From Lama guanicoe (lineage: Eukaryota), in NCBI GenBank assembly GCA_013239625.1, contig MU054098.1:2109104-2173103 (forward strand): DNA of 64,000 nucleotides. Reading direction: 5' to 3'. Below are positions 39,171 to 51,699 of this stretch, one piece after another. Position numbers and translations under genes: made by a program. Position 1 is the stretch's first letter; each line of letters opens with the position of its first letter. Below the pieces are notes generated by a model. The model saw only the letters and a list, made by a program, of their open reading frames with translations, was not told where the DNA came from and searched no databases.

Positions 39171-41130
39171 CTCCATCATCAATACTCTACAAAATGCTCT
39201 TTCACTCTGGAAAAAGAGATAGGACAGTAGCCAAGAGGCAGTGGTTCTCTTCATAACTTGGGATTCAGCACTGTCGTTAATGTGCTGCTCGTGGCTCGGT
39301 CTATACCTGGGTGCTTCAGTCCTACCTCATACGTCTGCCATGATTGACTGATTCCTAGTATGTGTGATTATTGTGGGAGACTGGATGAACACAGGGGCCA
39401 GCTCTGAGAATTTTTCTGATTGAAGGGTTTTTTTTCTGCTACAAAGTTGTTTTCCCCTGGAAAATAAATCTCTAAAGTGAGATGAGAAAAGGAAACTATG
39501 GCTGTGGTGGAAGAGGAAGCGGGAGGGTGAAAGGTGGGAGCCATCTGGATGTCTTGGGAGGAAAAAATGCTTCAATCATTCAAAGGCTAGATTACACGGG
39601 TTTTAGTTGTAAAACCTCTAGTGAACATGTAAACAATCAGATATGATAAAATCATTTCAAGCATTACCATCCTCTCTCTGAATAGTTGATATCTTTTTAG
39701 CAAACTTGGGCCGTTCCCAAATCAGATTTTTCCATTGGCATTTCAGTAGAACATGGTTGTGTTCACATCCTGTTCTTCACCGGAAGATACTATGGTGTTG
39801 AGACAAATGATTTCAATGTAATTGTTTTAACTGACTGAGGTATAATGTGTACACAATAAAATGGACAACCCGTAACTGTCAGTTCAGTGAGTTTTGACAG
39901 CTGTGTACACCCAGGTCAGATAAAGCTTATCAGCTGACCCCATTTCCCCTAGGTATCTTTGCACAGGGCTCCCAGGACCATTCTTCACTGATTAAGGGCT
40001 TCTCACTGGCTCAAGTCTCTGACTCAACTCTCCAAAATGTAGAGGTCAGAGTGTGCTGGGTACTTGACCCATCCTCTTCTGGTCTGCATGCCTGGATTAC
40101 ATAATCCAGAGTGTGCTGGATTATGTACAGCCTTTTCATTCTGCCCACAGCAACCAGAATGCTTTTTTAAAAATTATGTATGTGACTTGCATAATATTTC
40201 TATCATGCTTCTATACAAAATAGAGAGCCCCTCCTTTTTCTCTTTCTTAGCACCCTGGCTCTTTTCTTCACAGCACAGCATTTAACACCACCTATAATTA
40301 TATTAATCTTTGTATCTCCAACACCTAGCACAGGAGCTATCACACAGGAGGATTTAAATAATTATTTGTTGACTGAACACATAAAGTCAATAATTATTTC
40401 ATTAGCAAATTGATCTGTCTACACTGACTCTTGCCCTCCTCCTGTCCAGTCTCAATCCTGCAGTCAGAGTGATCTTGGAAAAATGTATGTAGTTTATCCT
40501 GTTACTCATCCTGTCAAAAAACCCTTCAATAGCTCTATGTTTGAACAAACTTCAGATATCTTGATGTTACTGCTTTCCTCAGGAAAGAGCGTTGCACTGT
40601 GGTAACAAGGTAACCTCAGACTCTAAACAGTGACCTATTTATTGATCACTCCATGTTTCTGTTGGAGGTGTGGGAAAAGAGAAGGGGGCTTACATCATAC
40701 CACACAGTCATTCAGGGAGCCAGGAGGCTGGAGACATCATCTTGTAGCTGAATCATCTGCAGTATAAATACGCTATATTTCAGACACTTCAGCTGTTTTT
40801 CACAAATTGTTTCTCTACTTCTAGCCTTTAGTAATCCTGAGAGGACTCAGCCCTAATGCCCTAAGGCAATGGTTGAATATATAATCCATTAACCTCTATG
40901 CATCTATAATAGCATTCATTATGTGCCATGTTTGGGAGAATTAAAAAAAATAGTCACACGAATCTCTTCCTGTGATCTGTGGTTCAGATGAGGAATGCTG
41001 GTTAAGAAAGGCTGCAAGTCTAGAAGCATTTCTGGCACATAGTCCGTGGGGGATCTATGTCTCTGCCTTTTTTTAAATTAAGATACCGACAGATGCTAGA
41101 ACTAGAAGAGATCTTGTAGATCATCTAATC

Positions 41131-41470
41131 TAATGGCTCTCAATCCTGGCTATGCATCAGAGTCACTTGACGGACTCCTTAAAATTTTACATTCTTTTTT
41201 TGAGTGAAAGTAGATTTATTCAGAGAGATACATTGAAAGGAAAGAGAAAGGCCACGAGGTGTCAGGGTTGGGTGCTCAGATTAAAAGTAGGTACACATTC
41301 CACAGACAGAATGCGGGCCGTCTCCAAAGAGGGAGAGAGAGAGGGGCGGCCTAAAATTTTACATTCTTAAACTCCATTTCCAGAGATTCTGATTCAATAC
41401 ATGCAGTGGGGGGCGGGGGGGAATGTGTATTTTTAAACACCCTCAGGTGATTTTGGTGCAGCCATTTAAT
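41131..41470. mobile_element. MER5-like hAT element, split by a young insert
   Basis: 'tggctctcaatcctggctatgcatcagagtcac' ... 'ccagagattctgattcaat...ccctcaggtgattttggtgcagcc'. Confidence 0.7.
41197..41351 (-). mobile_element. Short polyadenylated retroposed insert resembling an ERV LTR R region
   Basis: Perfect 17-bp TSD taaaattttacattctt (41180-41196 and 41352-41368). Minus-strand AATAAA at 41215-41220, then 13 nt and an A-tail. Minus-strand target site is TT|AAGA. Confidence 0.85.
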
Positions 41471-42436
41471 GACTGCTTTGGCTGATGGGCAGGTGTTTGA
41501 GTATCACATTTCATTTTCATTTGGAGTAGCCTTTGTCCCCTTAAATGCAGAACACAATTCAGAAGAAGTTAGTTGGGTGTTTGTTTTCCTTGCAGTGTAC
41601 GCACTCTTACCCTTTTGTTTTAAAAACAATTCCTGCTGGGATTAAATTGAGTCATAACATGGCTAGATGCTTTGCAAGGTCTTTAGCTCTAATATTCTGG
41701 AAGATTGTATTTTTAAACCAGAGCTTTACTTCCAAGTAAAGGAAAGCAGTTGGGGCAATTGCTCTTATTATACCATCTTTTCAAAAAGATGGGAGGAAGA
41801 GCAGGGATAAAGCTGTCTGTATTGGAAAGCACTGTATTATTATGTTTGTTTCCAATCTCAGATGGACCAAGAGTCCTGGAAAATACACAGGGGCCATTCA
41901 GAAATCTACCAAGACAGCGTACTCCTGTTCTGGTCTCTTCAATCCAACCAAATCAACTATAAAATTCTACGGGTTTTAAGGCTACATTTCTTGGCCTAAC
42001 ACCGGTCTCTTATTTATGGTTATGTCTTTCAAAACACATCAGGTCTGGAACCTTTGCTCTGTGCTCTGCAGCTTCCTGGACTATTTGGCTGAATAATGGA
42101 GCATAACCTGTAATTGTAAGGGGCTGCACACAGGGTTTAGAAAGCATGCTGGGTGGGCACCAGTTCAACGGAGAGTTTAAGTGTTTGGCTCACTTTCCCA
42201 AATTTCACTCTGCTCTGTTTCACCAGTAGTTAGGGGAGAAGGTCTTCTCCTTGTTACTGGAAATAAAAATGTGTTTCCATCACAGTTGCAATGTGAAATT
42301 CCTTCCACCAGTCCCAGTGTGCGACACTCTAGACAAGGTCTACACGTGTTTGGTGCAATCTTTCCCCTTCATGTTTTCCAGGACTGAAGACACATGTATT
42401 AATATAATGTTTATAAAGTACATTTTATATTGTTCA

Positions 42437-42715
42437 TAGACCAACATTTCCCAAACTGTGTTCTGATGTCTACTAGCCCCTCAGGATGCTCTGAGGAAAA
42501 GGGATTCCATCATAAACTAGATTTGGTAAGGCTGCATATTTTAAACCTTATCTTACATATTTACTTTGCATATAATCTTATTAAAGGCTCTGAGAAGCGC
42601 TACAGTTATGAAACCTGTTTATCTTTGTTAAACCCACCATATCCTTATCGTATGAGCATGGCATCTTTTCTTGGAGGAACATCTTATACTGCAGATCACC
42701 ATTTGAAAAATGGTT
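42437..42715. mobile_element. MER112-like hAT element
   Basis: 'tttcccaaactgtgttc...aaaggctctgagaag...gaaacctgtttatctttgtt'. Confidence 0.7.
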
Positions 42716-42959
42716 TCAAAGGCTGAGAGATATCAGTGAAGGAACCTCTGGAAGTCACCCGGTGCAACACTAAACCTGCATTTAGTGCTTATTTGTATTG
42801 TATACTTGTAGCCATTTCTGCCATTCCCTAGGTGAGTAAGGAAAAACAAACCTTTTATTATTGAAAGGGCCAGGATAGTTGGTATAATCGTATAGGAATG
42901 AACATTGACATTTTTGTAACACTTTCAAGTTATTTCTGAAGCAGCATAGAATAATTTTT

Positions 42960-43185
42960 TTAAAGGTATTGGACTAGGAGTCCAAAGACCTAGCTTCTCT
43001 ACCAACTCTGCCACTAACTAGCTATGTGCCTTTATGCCAGTGGATTAACTTCCCTGGGTATCCCTTTCTTCTTCCATAGAGGAGGAATAACAGTGCCTGT
43101 CTCATCCACCTCTTTGGCTTGTTGTGAAGATCAAATAACCAAATACATTGGATAATTATTTCCTGGTATTGTAGAAGGGCACAAA
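42960..43185 (+). mobile_element. MIR SINE
   Basis: 'ggactaggagtccaaagaccta...ctctgccactaactagctatgtg...gttgtgaagatcaaat'. Confidence 0.7.
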
Positions 43186-45280
43186 TGACAGTGAGGCAGG
43201 GCTACTAAGATGAGAGGTAGGACCATGGGAGAACTAGCATTGTATCAGGGTCTGGGATGATGTGCATAAAGTACAGAGCCATCATTGCTCCAGAAAGACC
43301 GCAAGTCAAAAGCGAGGGTGAGGAAATGTATCACTTCAAGCTCATGTTTTGAAAATCCCTTTTACCCTCCCCCTATTTTGATAGATCAGAAAAGTCAGGA
43401 CTGAGGGCAGATGGAGCACTGGTAATGGAAGCACATGAGTGATGTCTTAGCTCTGAGTTTCATCCTGTCTCATGTCACCCCACACCCCTGTCCCAGAAAA
43501 CAACGAAGCAGGCTCTCTGGCTATTTGCAGGTGACTCTTCCTCTCACCATCCTGTTCAAGTTAACATTCCCCCTTCACCTTCCAGTTGATTTCCTCTTCA
43601 ATTCACACAGCACATCTCAGAAGCTGCAAATGTTAGAAGGTTGCCCACCACAACTGTCCTGTCTTGTGTATGTGGAAAATTTTGGGATTCGGGCTTCTCT
43701 TCCTAGAACATCCCAAACCAGGGTAGTTTCTACTGATTGTCTGTTAAGACTTCTTTCAATCAGCAATTTCCTCTTTAGGCCAATAATATAACAGCTCAGT
43801 TCATCTCATCTGCAGATGGCCCAGTTTCTTAAATCTGATAGGATTTCTTATCCTTCACTACACAACTTTTATTTTCTGGGCTCCAATTTCCTTGCAGGAC
43901 TTATTTATCCCTACTTTTGATCAGTTGCTCTCTGAGAATGTCCTACTCTCTTTATTTTTCTTATCACCTTTTAGTATTTTGGCTCTAAATGGCCTCTGAC
44001 TGTTCTTCAAAATAAGCCAGATTTCTGTTGTTATTGTTTGACAATCAAAGGACATGGGATCTAAAGTTTCCTTCATAGCTTCTCATTATTTTTTCTTGAT
44101 TAAAGAGAAAACACAAATCATCAGTCATCTCACTGAGGAGTTTTATGTTATTGATTCCAATTTCCTGGACTAGAGGTAGATGCACTTTCTGTTCCTTAAT
44201 CAGAAAAGTCTTGCTGTTCCACCAGGAAGTGAAGAACAATCTCCAAGTGGTAACGTGCCCATTCGGCATTAGATGGGCCTAGCTTTGTATTTAATGAAGC
44301 CAAGTTAAATCTGTTTCTACAGGAAAAAGATCATCTCCAGCTTTCTGCAGGATTGGTTTTCTGTTCACCCTAAAGCAACCAATCAACTAGTATTTATTAA
44401 GTCTGTATAATGGGCCCAACACTATTCTAGGGGCTTAGAATATCCAGAAGAGAAGTGTAAGACTTGGTGATTGCCATAAAAGACCTGATGTCTGTGGTTT
44501 CCATAAGGTAGGTCTCATTTGGATTGAGACCAAACATGTGACATGAATTTCAACAATATTGTGGAGATGTGTGAAGCCGTGCCTTAGAATATGTGTAAGA
44601 TTCCCCGGGCAGAGAGGAGAAGAGGGGGAAATGTCATGAAAGTAAAAACAGAACCAAGCAAGGGTGAGATGATATTTCCCTTTTCACTGTGTTTGCCTTC
44701 ATGGATGTCCACCCATTTAGAAAAAAATCTCTCAATGGTAGGTTACAGGAGTGGCTTGAGTTTTCTTGTAATTGTCACTGGTGGCCAAGACCACTTTCAG
44801 CTCTTAGGCTGGCCAAAGCTGCAGTTTGCCTGTTTTTATGCTCTTTTATTTCCATTTCCTCTAGTCTAGAACTGCTTTCATCTGCTTTGGGCTCAACTGC
44901 TAATACTTGGTCCAGATCTGAAACTTGTTCTGCACGTCTTCTTCAGTTCCCCATCTTTCTGTATTCTACTGGTACCTTCATAAGCATGTATAAAGTGCTT
45001 ACTGTAAACCAGGCCTTGTGCTAAGTGCTATAGGTAAATAACAGAGATGAATAAGGCTTGGTCCCTACCCTCAAGGAGTTCGTAGTCCACTGGAATATGG
45101 GGACAGCTAAGATGACACCAGTGACTCTCAATCAAGACAAACTGACCAGTGCCACTGGGAATGCTAAAGCACACTACTGTGAAGAATGTGAGTTTTGGCT
45201 CCCTCAGTTGGGCATAACGCTGTTTGTTTTCACCTATGCATTTTGTAGACCTCAGTTATGCCACATGTCTTGAAATTAAA

Positions 45281-45320
45281 AGTGTGTATGTATGTGTGTG
45301 TGTGTGTGTGTGTGTATGTG
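45281..45320. repeat. (TG)n microsatellite
   Basis: Seen directly. Confidence 0.9.
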
Positions 45321-46214
45321 TTTTCCCCAGATGGCTATTGCATGGTCTCTGTTGTTTCCTACCAGCAGCCAATTCATCCTGGAATGGCTGCAATGTCATC
45401 TCATAATAAGCTGAAGCTAAGCACTCTGGTTCATTCTCCTTCAAAGGGCTTTGATGGTTCCGGGGCCACAGGAGGAGGGAGGAAGCGCAGACAGAGCTGT
45501 TCTTCTCAGCCAGGAAGCATCCCTTTGACACTGCACCTGGGCTTGGTGGGAAGAAACAGCAAGTAAACGGAGTCATTGGCCTCACTGTGCAATCAGGCCT
45601 TCCCATGAGAAGGTGTTCTGTTTATCCTTGTGGAGCTGAGGAGAATTAGTCTCATCGGAATAAGTAGTTTCTTAATCCATCAGAAAGTAGACTCTTCTGT
45701 GCTGACATCTGGGTCAAAATGAAAATGTGATAAGACAGCGGGCAGGAGGTAGAGTCTGGCTGTGCGGGTCTGATAACAGCCCCGTGCAGTGGATGGCGTG
45801 TGGCTCTGGAAAACAAGACCTGTAAATACAGCCCACGTTTGACATGATGGCAGTAGGGGGAATTTTCAGACTCTATTTCTGTCAGGAAAACTGGCAGCTC
45901 TCTACCCAGTCCCCTCAGACTAGTAGGCATTACCACACATTCGTGCCTACTAAGACCTTGGCAATAGCCGTGAGAAAGGAGATGGCCACAGCGGTGCAGG
46001 GGACAGAGAGTTGCTTTCTATCTCTGCAGGTGGAGGGCAGAGTCTGTGGGGGCAGAGGTGGAAAAAGGGTGGCAGGGCTGTAGAGAAGAAACCTGTTATC
46101 TGCTGAGTAAGGGTAGAGACAACAAGAGACAATGGGCACATTTTATTACAATGACCTATCTTCCTGCTCTATTTGCAGTTTCAAACTCTGTAATAGTGGT
46201 TCCCAATAGGAGGG

Positions 46215-46628
46215 TGAAGGAGATCAGAACAGGTTATCCCAAACCATGCCACTTTCGCATAAGGATTATTTTGAGCTGAAGGCAGTCAGGAAGCAGCAAA
46301 CACAGGAAGAGCTTTTTGTCCTCTCCCATCTGCCTCAAAGAAGGACATAAATTTCCCTTTGTGATGGGGTACCTCCTCCCCCCTTCAGTACTAAGAGAAC
46401 AATGCTTATCATCGGAGACAGAAAGTCAGCACCGAGCTAGATCTGCACAAAAGAAAGGACTAAAAAAATCCCTTCTCTTCCATTAGTTACGTCCATATGT
46501 CATCCCCACAATTTCTCATGCCTGGAAGCCCAACCCCTTTTCCTTTGTCTTGTCACTTCTTCACAGTTTGCAGGCCCTGGGTACAGAATCTGCAAGACTA
46601 GAGAAAAAGGTTTTTTCCCACCCCTACA
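46215..46628 (+). mobile_element. ERV1 solo LTR (MER34-like)
   Basis: TG...CA termini; 'atgccactttcgcataaggattattttgagctgaaggca' near the start, 'cccctaca' at the end; 4-bp flanks aggg/gggg. Confidence 0.8.
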
Positions 46629-46989
46629 GGGGCAGGGGAGTGGTATTGGAAATACTTCAGATACTGTATGAAAAAGTCATTCATTCCTGACTTTTCAGCC
46701 ATTGAGAACCGTTGTTCTAGGAAAAACCCAGAGCTTGGGGCCAACTGAGAGCTCTGGTTGAATGACTGAAGTCACTTGCCTCTGCCTCTGATTTACCCTG
46801 ATTCTGCCCCAGTGCTTGTGAATCAGGCACTTCGCTATTTCTCTTTGACCAATCTCCCTCTTCTTACCCCTGTTTCAGTAACTGGGTCCTTCTCCAGTTT
46901 CCCTGACACGAGCTCTTGGAATGACTTCCCAGAACCCACATTTCTCTAAAAGACAGGTCCTCTAATTTTAGACATTGGAATTAGGTGTA

Positions 46990-47166
46990 CTCTGCCAGAC
47001 AAAATACAGGATGCCCAGTTAAATTCAAATTTCAGATAAACAAGTTTTAGTTTAAGTATATTATATGTAATATTTGGGGCATATTTGTAATAAAAATGAT
47101 TTATTTACCTGAACTTCAAACTTAATTGGATTTCCTGTATTTTTATTTTCTAAATCTGACAATCTA
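46990..47166. mobile_element. MER53 palindromic hAT MITE
   Basis: 'tgccaga..aaaatacaggatgcccagttaaattcaaatttcagataaacaa' and its imperfect inverse at 47104-47143. Confidence 0.85.
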
Positions 47167-47263
47167 ACCTGGGAACTTTGTTAAAATATGGATTTCTGGA
47201 TCCCACTCCTGGAATTCTAATTTGACCTGTTTTTGTTGGTAGGGAATTTTTAACAGGTGCATT

Positions 47264-47879
47264 TGTTAGAGCAGGCAGGTAGCTATGAGCAGAGAAAGAG
47301 GGACATGGACCAAATGGCAGGAAACCATACATCTTGTGAACAACGGAGGTCTTTGGATAGACCAAGAAAAACAAGAACCTTTAGACTGATAAGAAACCGT
47401 ACTTTCTGGGTTGACAAGTGTCCTGGAGGCAAAGAAAGGTGGGATAAGACAGGACCCTCCACCATCCGAATGTAACCTTTCGCTCATTATAGCCCCACCC
47501 CAATGTAACCTTTCTCTTTTGATACTTCCCTGAATGTAACCTTTCATTCATTATGACCTCATCCAACTTCCCGATCAAGACTAAATAAGGACAAAAGAAA
47601 AAAAAAATCCCTCCTCACCTCAGGAAGATGGGGCTGGGATGAAGATCAGGAGAGGATGTCAAACCCCTCCCCACCAATGAATATTCTGCCCATTCATTTT
47701 TACACCCATATAACCAGCTTGCCAAAGAAACTGGGGGCATCTATGCACCTGGGTCTGCTCCCTTTCCCTTGAGAGCATGCTCTCTATCCCTTAATAAATC
47801 CTTGCTTTGCTTTCTTGACCTCCATATCTAGTTTTTGAATTCTTTCTGTAATGAGACAAGAACCTTCTCACTGACAACA
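47264..47879 (+). mobile_element. ERV1-class solo LTR (MER39/LTR39-like start)
   Basis: TGTTAG...ACAACA termini, TATA-like CATATAA at ~47708, AATAAA at 47793-47798, U5-like 'ttgaattctttctg...gagacaagaacc'. Confidence 0.8.
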
Positions 47880-48174
47880 CGTGGAGACGGTAGTTAAAGA
47901 ATATACTTTATGAAACACTTACCTATGCTACAGACCTGTTTGCAACCCCTACTGCCTGGTAATTCTGGAGCCTGGAGTCTTTCTCTAGGACCTTCATCCT
48001 CTACCCAGGTTCTGTTCCAATTCCAGAGAGCACAAATGCTCCACATTTGCACGTGTATGCAAGGAAGCAAATCAGTACAGAAGTATTTCTCAAAATCCAT
48101 AGCTCCAGGAAGTAGAGACAGATGGTGAGAGTGATTCAAAATATTCTCAATTGAAAATAATAATTTTAAAAATA

Positions 48175-48385
48175 ACAACAATATCTATCACTTATATAGC
48201 ACCTACTATGCGCCAGACACTGTTTCAAGTGCTTTTGTACATGTTAACTCCTTCAGTCATCGCAGCAGCCCAGTAAGATAGGTACTATTACTATCATCCT
48301 CATTTTAAAATGAAGAAACTAAAATACAGAGATTTTAAGTGATGTGCCCAAAGTTACACAGCAATTAAGTGCAGAGCCAGGCAGT
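48175..48385 (-). mobile_element. MIR SINE
   Basis: 'gcacctactatgcgccagacactg...cctcattttaaaatgaagaaact...gcccaaagttacacagc'. Confidence 0.85.
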
Positions 48386-49339
48386 TTGATCTATGTACAG
48401 TCACCTTAAATCCAATTCTTGGAGGGCAGGGTCCAGTAATGGCCCTAAACAAAACTGTAAAGTGGGCAGTTTGTTTTCCTGACCCCCCCCACCTCTCTTC
48501 TGGCTACCTTCTTTCCAGTCCCTAATCATTTTTCTGTATTCTCTAATTTTCTCCTCAAGTCCAGCAATGTAACTCAGCTCTCTGTTCTCTCCAAGCATCA
48601 CTAAAAACCCCAGGACATAGTTGCTAATAAGGCCCTTCTTGCTTTGAAAACTACTACAACAATAACTAGCTTGCTGGGCAAGAGATCTGGAGGGGGTGGG
48701 GGGAGAGGGAGGATGAATAAATGAATAAATGAATAAATGCGTATCTGTGCGTTCAGGGCAGGGTGAGAGGTAGTACCCAAGTAAATCTTTCTAGGTAAAT
48801 GTAGGCAGCTCCAAGGGAAACTGATGGTCAGCTATTACTGTCAGAGTGAAGTACATCTGACAGTTCTTGTAAATGGAGTAAACAGGAGGTTTATCCCCCT
48901 TAAAAAATTGGACGTAAAATTGCCCATTGACTATAGAATCAAGCCTGATGCTGTTAAACTGAACTCTGTGTACCTTTTCTCTGGTCCCTGGAAATAGTCC
49001 CTGACTCAGAGGAAAGCCGCCCTGTTAGCTGCAGATCTCGGAATGGAATACTTCCTGTCTGTGTCCTAATTAATACCTCAGTTCTGCTGAACGTAACTGG
49101 CCTAGAATGTGGAGCTATGTTGAGTGTTTCTTGGGCTGGTTGCACAATAAGAGTTCAACTGAATCTACAGAACTTGTCAGCAGCAAAAGCTGAGAGCCTA
49201 AGAAATGAAGCTGTTCATGAAGGGTGAGAGAGCAGGAGAGCGCTTTTGGAAGAGAGAGAGCAACAGAAAAAATAATAATTTGGTGAAGCTAGGCAGGGTT
49301 TTTTTCCCTCTCTTTCCATAAGGAGAGAGTGTTAGAAAT

Positions 49340-49500
49340 GATTCATTTACTTATTCATCCATTTACTCATTCAGAACTTCATTCAACAAATATTTAATGG
49401 GGGCCTACTACATGTCAACCACTATTTAAGGAACTAGTGATACAAACATGAAAAGGAAACATTTTTAGCCTTAACAGGGCTTACATTCTAGTGAGGAAAG
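49340..49500 (-). mobile_element. L2 3' end
   Basis: 'cattcaacaaatatttaatgggggcctactacatg...gcttacattctagtg'. Confidence 0.7.
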
Positions 49501-50353
49501 ATCTACTGCAGAATCCTGTGCTTTGGAGTCAGTAACATGGATCAAGACCATGGCCTATCGACCCACTGAGGTCACCACAAGCAATGAGGATCACTAGTGG
49601 ATGAAGGTCAAAACTAGGAGGCTGAGTTAACTATCACCATTTGGATGTCCTTCTCCCTCATTGCTTCTGGGTCAAAACCTACTTGTTCCTCAAGGTCTCC
49701 TGTTCCACTACCCCCATACAGCCTTCTGTAATGACAGCAGCAATAACGTCTCCTTCCCCTGCTTCCCAAGTAGGCAGTCTTGCACTCGATTATGCTAGGT
49801 CTCATTTGCTAGCCATTTTTGTGTTTGCTCTTATCTTGCTGATGGTAGGGGTAGGTTGAAGGAGTTGTAGCTGATAAAAGAAAGAGTGAGTCTGATTCTT
49901 CTCCACAGGGATCCAGGATCCCACAACATCTTCCTCTGTCTGGTTCCCTGCAGATGCTAGTTCCATCCTGAACCTCAAATAGGCCACTGCACCAGTGTCA
50001 AGGGAGTCACGAGGACAACTCACCCTTCCAAAGGATATAGAATTCCTTATCCCATCTTGTTCCCTCTGGGTCCTAATGGGAAATGCCAAGCTGTGTAGTC
50101 CTGGGAACAGGAGTATAGGGGTAAAGGAGATGCATTATCAGTCAGGGTTCTTAGTTGTAAAGAACTGAAATCTAAATCTGATTAATTTAGGCAGAAAACA
50201 AATTATTTGAGGCTTGTTAGAAGTGTATACAAGCCCTGAGAAAGCCGAGAATCAACTTGGAGGCCAGGGAGTCAAAAACAACACTCAAAATCACAGGACA
50301 AAAGTGGAGGTCCCACTGACACTGCCGCTGGGCACAAGGACTACAGCTTAAAC

Positions 50354-50908
50354 TGTGAGAAAGAGAAAGAAAGACCCTGACATGATGGAGCTGACTGATG
50401 CTGTCACCCAGGTCTTGGTGTTGCTAGGAGCTGGTCTGGCACTCATGGCTAGATCTTGGTGTTCTCCTGTTAAACAAAAGCAATTTCACAGAACAGCAAC
50501 GTCACACAGGGTCACACTGAGATGGTGATGGATCAAGACATAAATGTAAACATTGCCCAAAGAAAAATGACCAGATATCCCCCTACCCTGGCTAATAGGA
50601 ATGACTGCTGCTTCTTCACCAATTATAGCTCTAGCTTTGGGTTAGCCATCCCTCATCTTAGCTAAGATTTATTAAGATACCCAATCGTGGAATTACCACT
50701 GCTTCCTGACAGCATCCAATCCAGAACAAAGCCCTACTTCCTTAACCTCCACCCACCCAATCACGTCACACAAGTCTGAATCCTATAGTAAGTCCTCTCT
50801 AATAGCCTCCCCGTGGTATGCATTTTCCATTGCAGCAATGAGTGATAAACTCCACTTGTTAAACTGCAACATGTGTTCCTGGTGGTCTTTGTCTAGGGGG
50901 CATTGACA
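50354..50908 (+). mobile_element. ERV1-class solo LTR nested in the ERVL LTR
   Basis: TG start; ends 'tgtgttcctggtggtctttgtctagggggcattgaca'; internal 'aatgactgctgcttctt..accaattatagct'. Confidence 0.65.
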
Positions 50909-51225
50909 GCTTCCAAAATCACTTACTGTGGGCACCAGACTCTACCCCCTAGAACCTTTGCAACTGCTGCCTCTAAAAGTTAAATGGAACTGCCCCTGAC
51001 GTGGCCAGAATGCCGTCCATATAATATCTGCTCCTCCGCATCACCAGCTTCTAATTCCAAGTCTGAGTAGGTATATGTGACTGAAAGAGGCTAAGGCACA
51101 CACCTATACTTAAGCAGTAAGAAGGCTTGGAAAGCAAATGTCTGTTGTTTTCATTGAGGAGTCTGGGACTTACAAGGTGAGGACTTCTCAAAACATAGAA
51201 AGGGTGTTCAAAAATGCTGAGCAGT

Positions 51226-51660
51226 TGTAGCAGACACTGTAGGGGCTCCATCCAGATCCCCAGGGATTCCTTTTACTGGTCTGGTGTGCCTGTCCCTCAG
51301 CTGCTGTTGGTGCTGCTGCTAAAAGCTCACATCCCTAAAACTTCTCTGTCAGACTGCCTTTGGGCAGCTGGAACTCCCTCACCTGAAGGTGCCTAGGAGG
51401 TATGTCTGTCTCCCAAGGCTGACCATAGCCAATGACTGATCGAGGCAGCAGTACAAAATCCCCATCCCTTTTGTCTCAAGGTAGGATGGACTCTTCAGAG
51501 CTATTTATATATATCCAGATCTACCTGTAGGATCAGAGTCATGCTAGGTTCCATGGCAAGTCACATCCTGTTTGGCTTCTTCCTCTTCTATTTCTTGTTT
51601 TCCTCACAGATTTCTCCTGAAAACGTTCCCCTAAAAAATCACTTGCATAAGAATCCATGG
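51226..51660 (+). mobile_element. LTR16-like solo LTR
   Basis: 'tgtagcagacactgtagggg...atagccaatgactgat...aaatcacttgcataagaatcc'. Confidence 0.7.
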
Positions 51661-51699
51661 TGAGGAAGAATTTTAAGACGCTGTCTAATGTCCACACGT

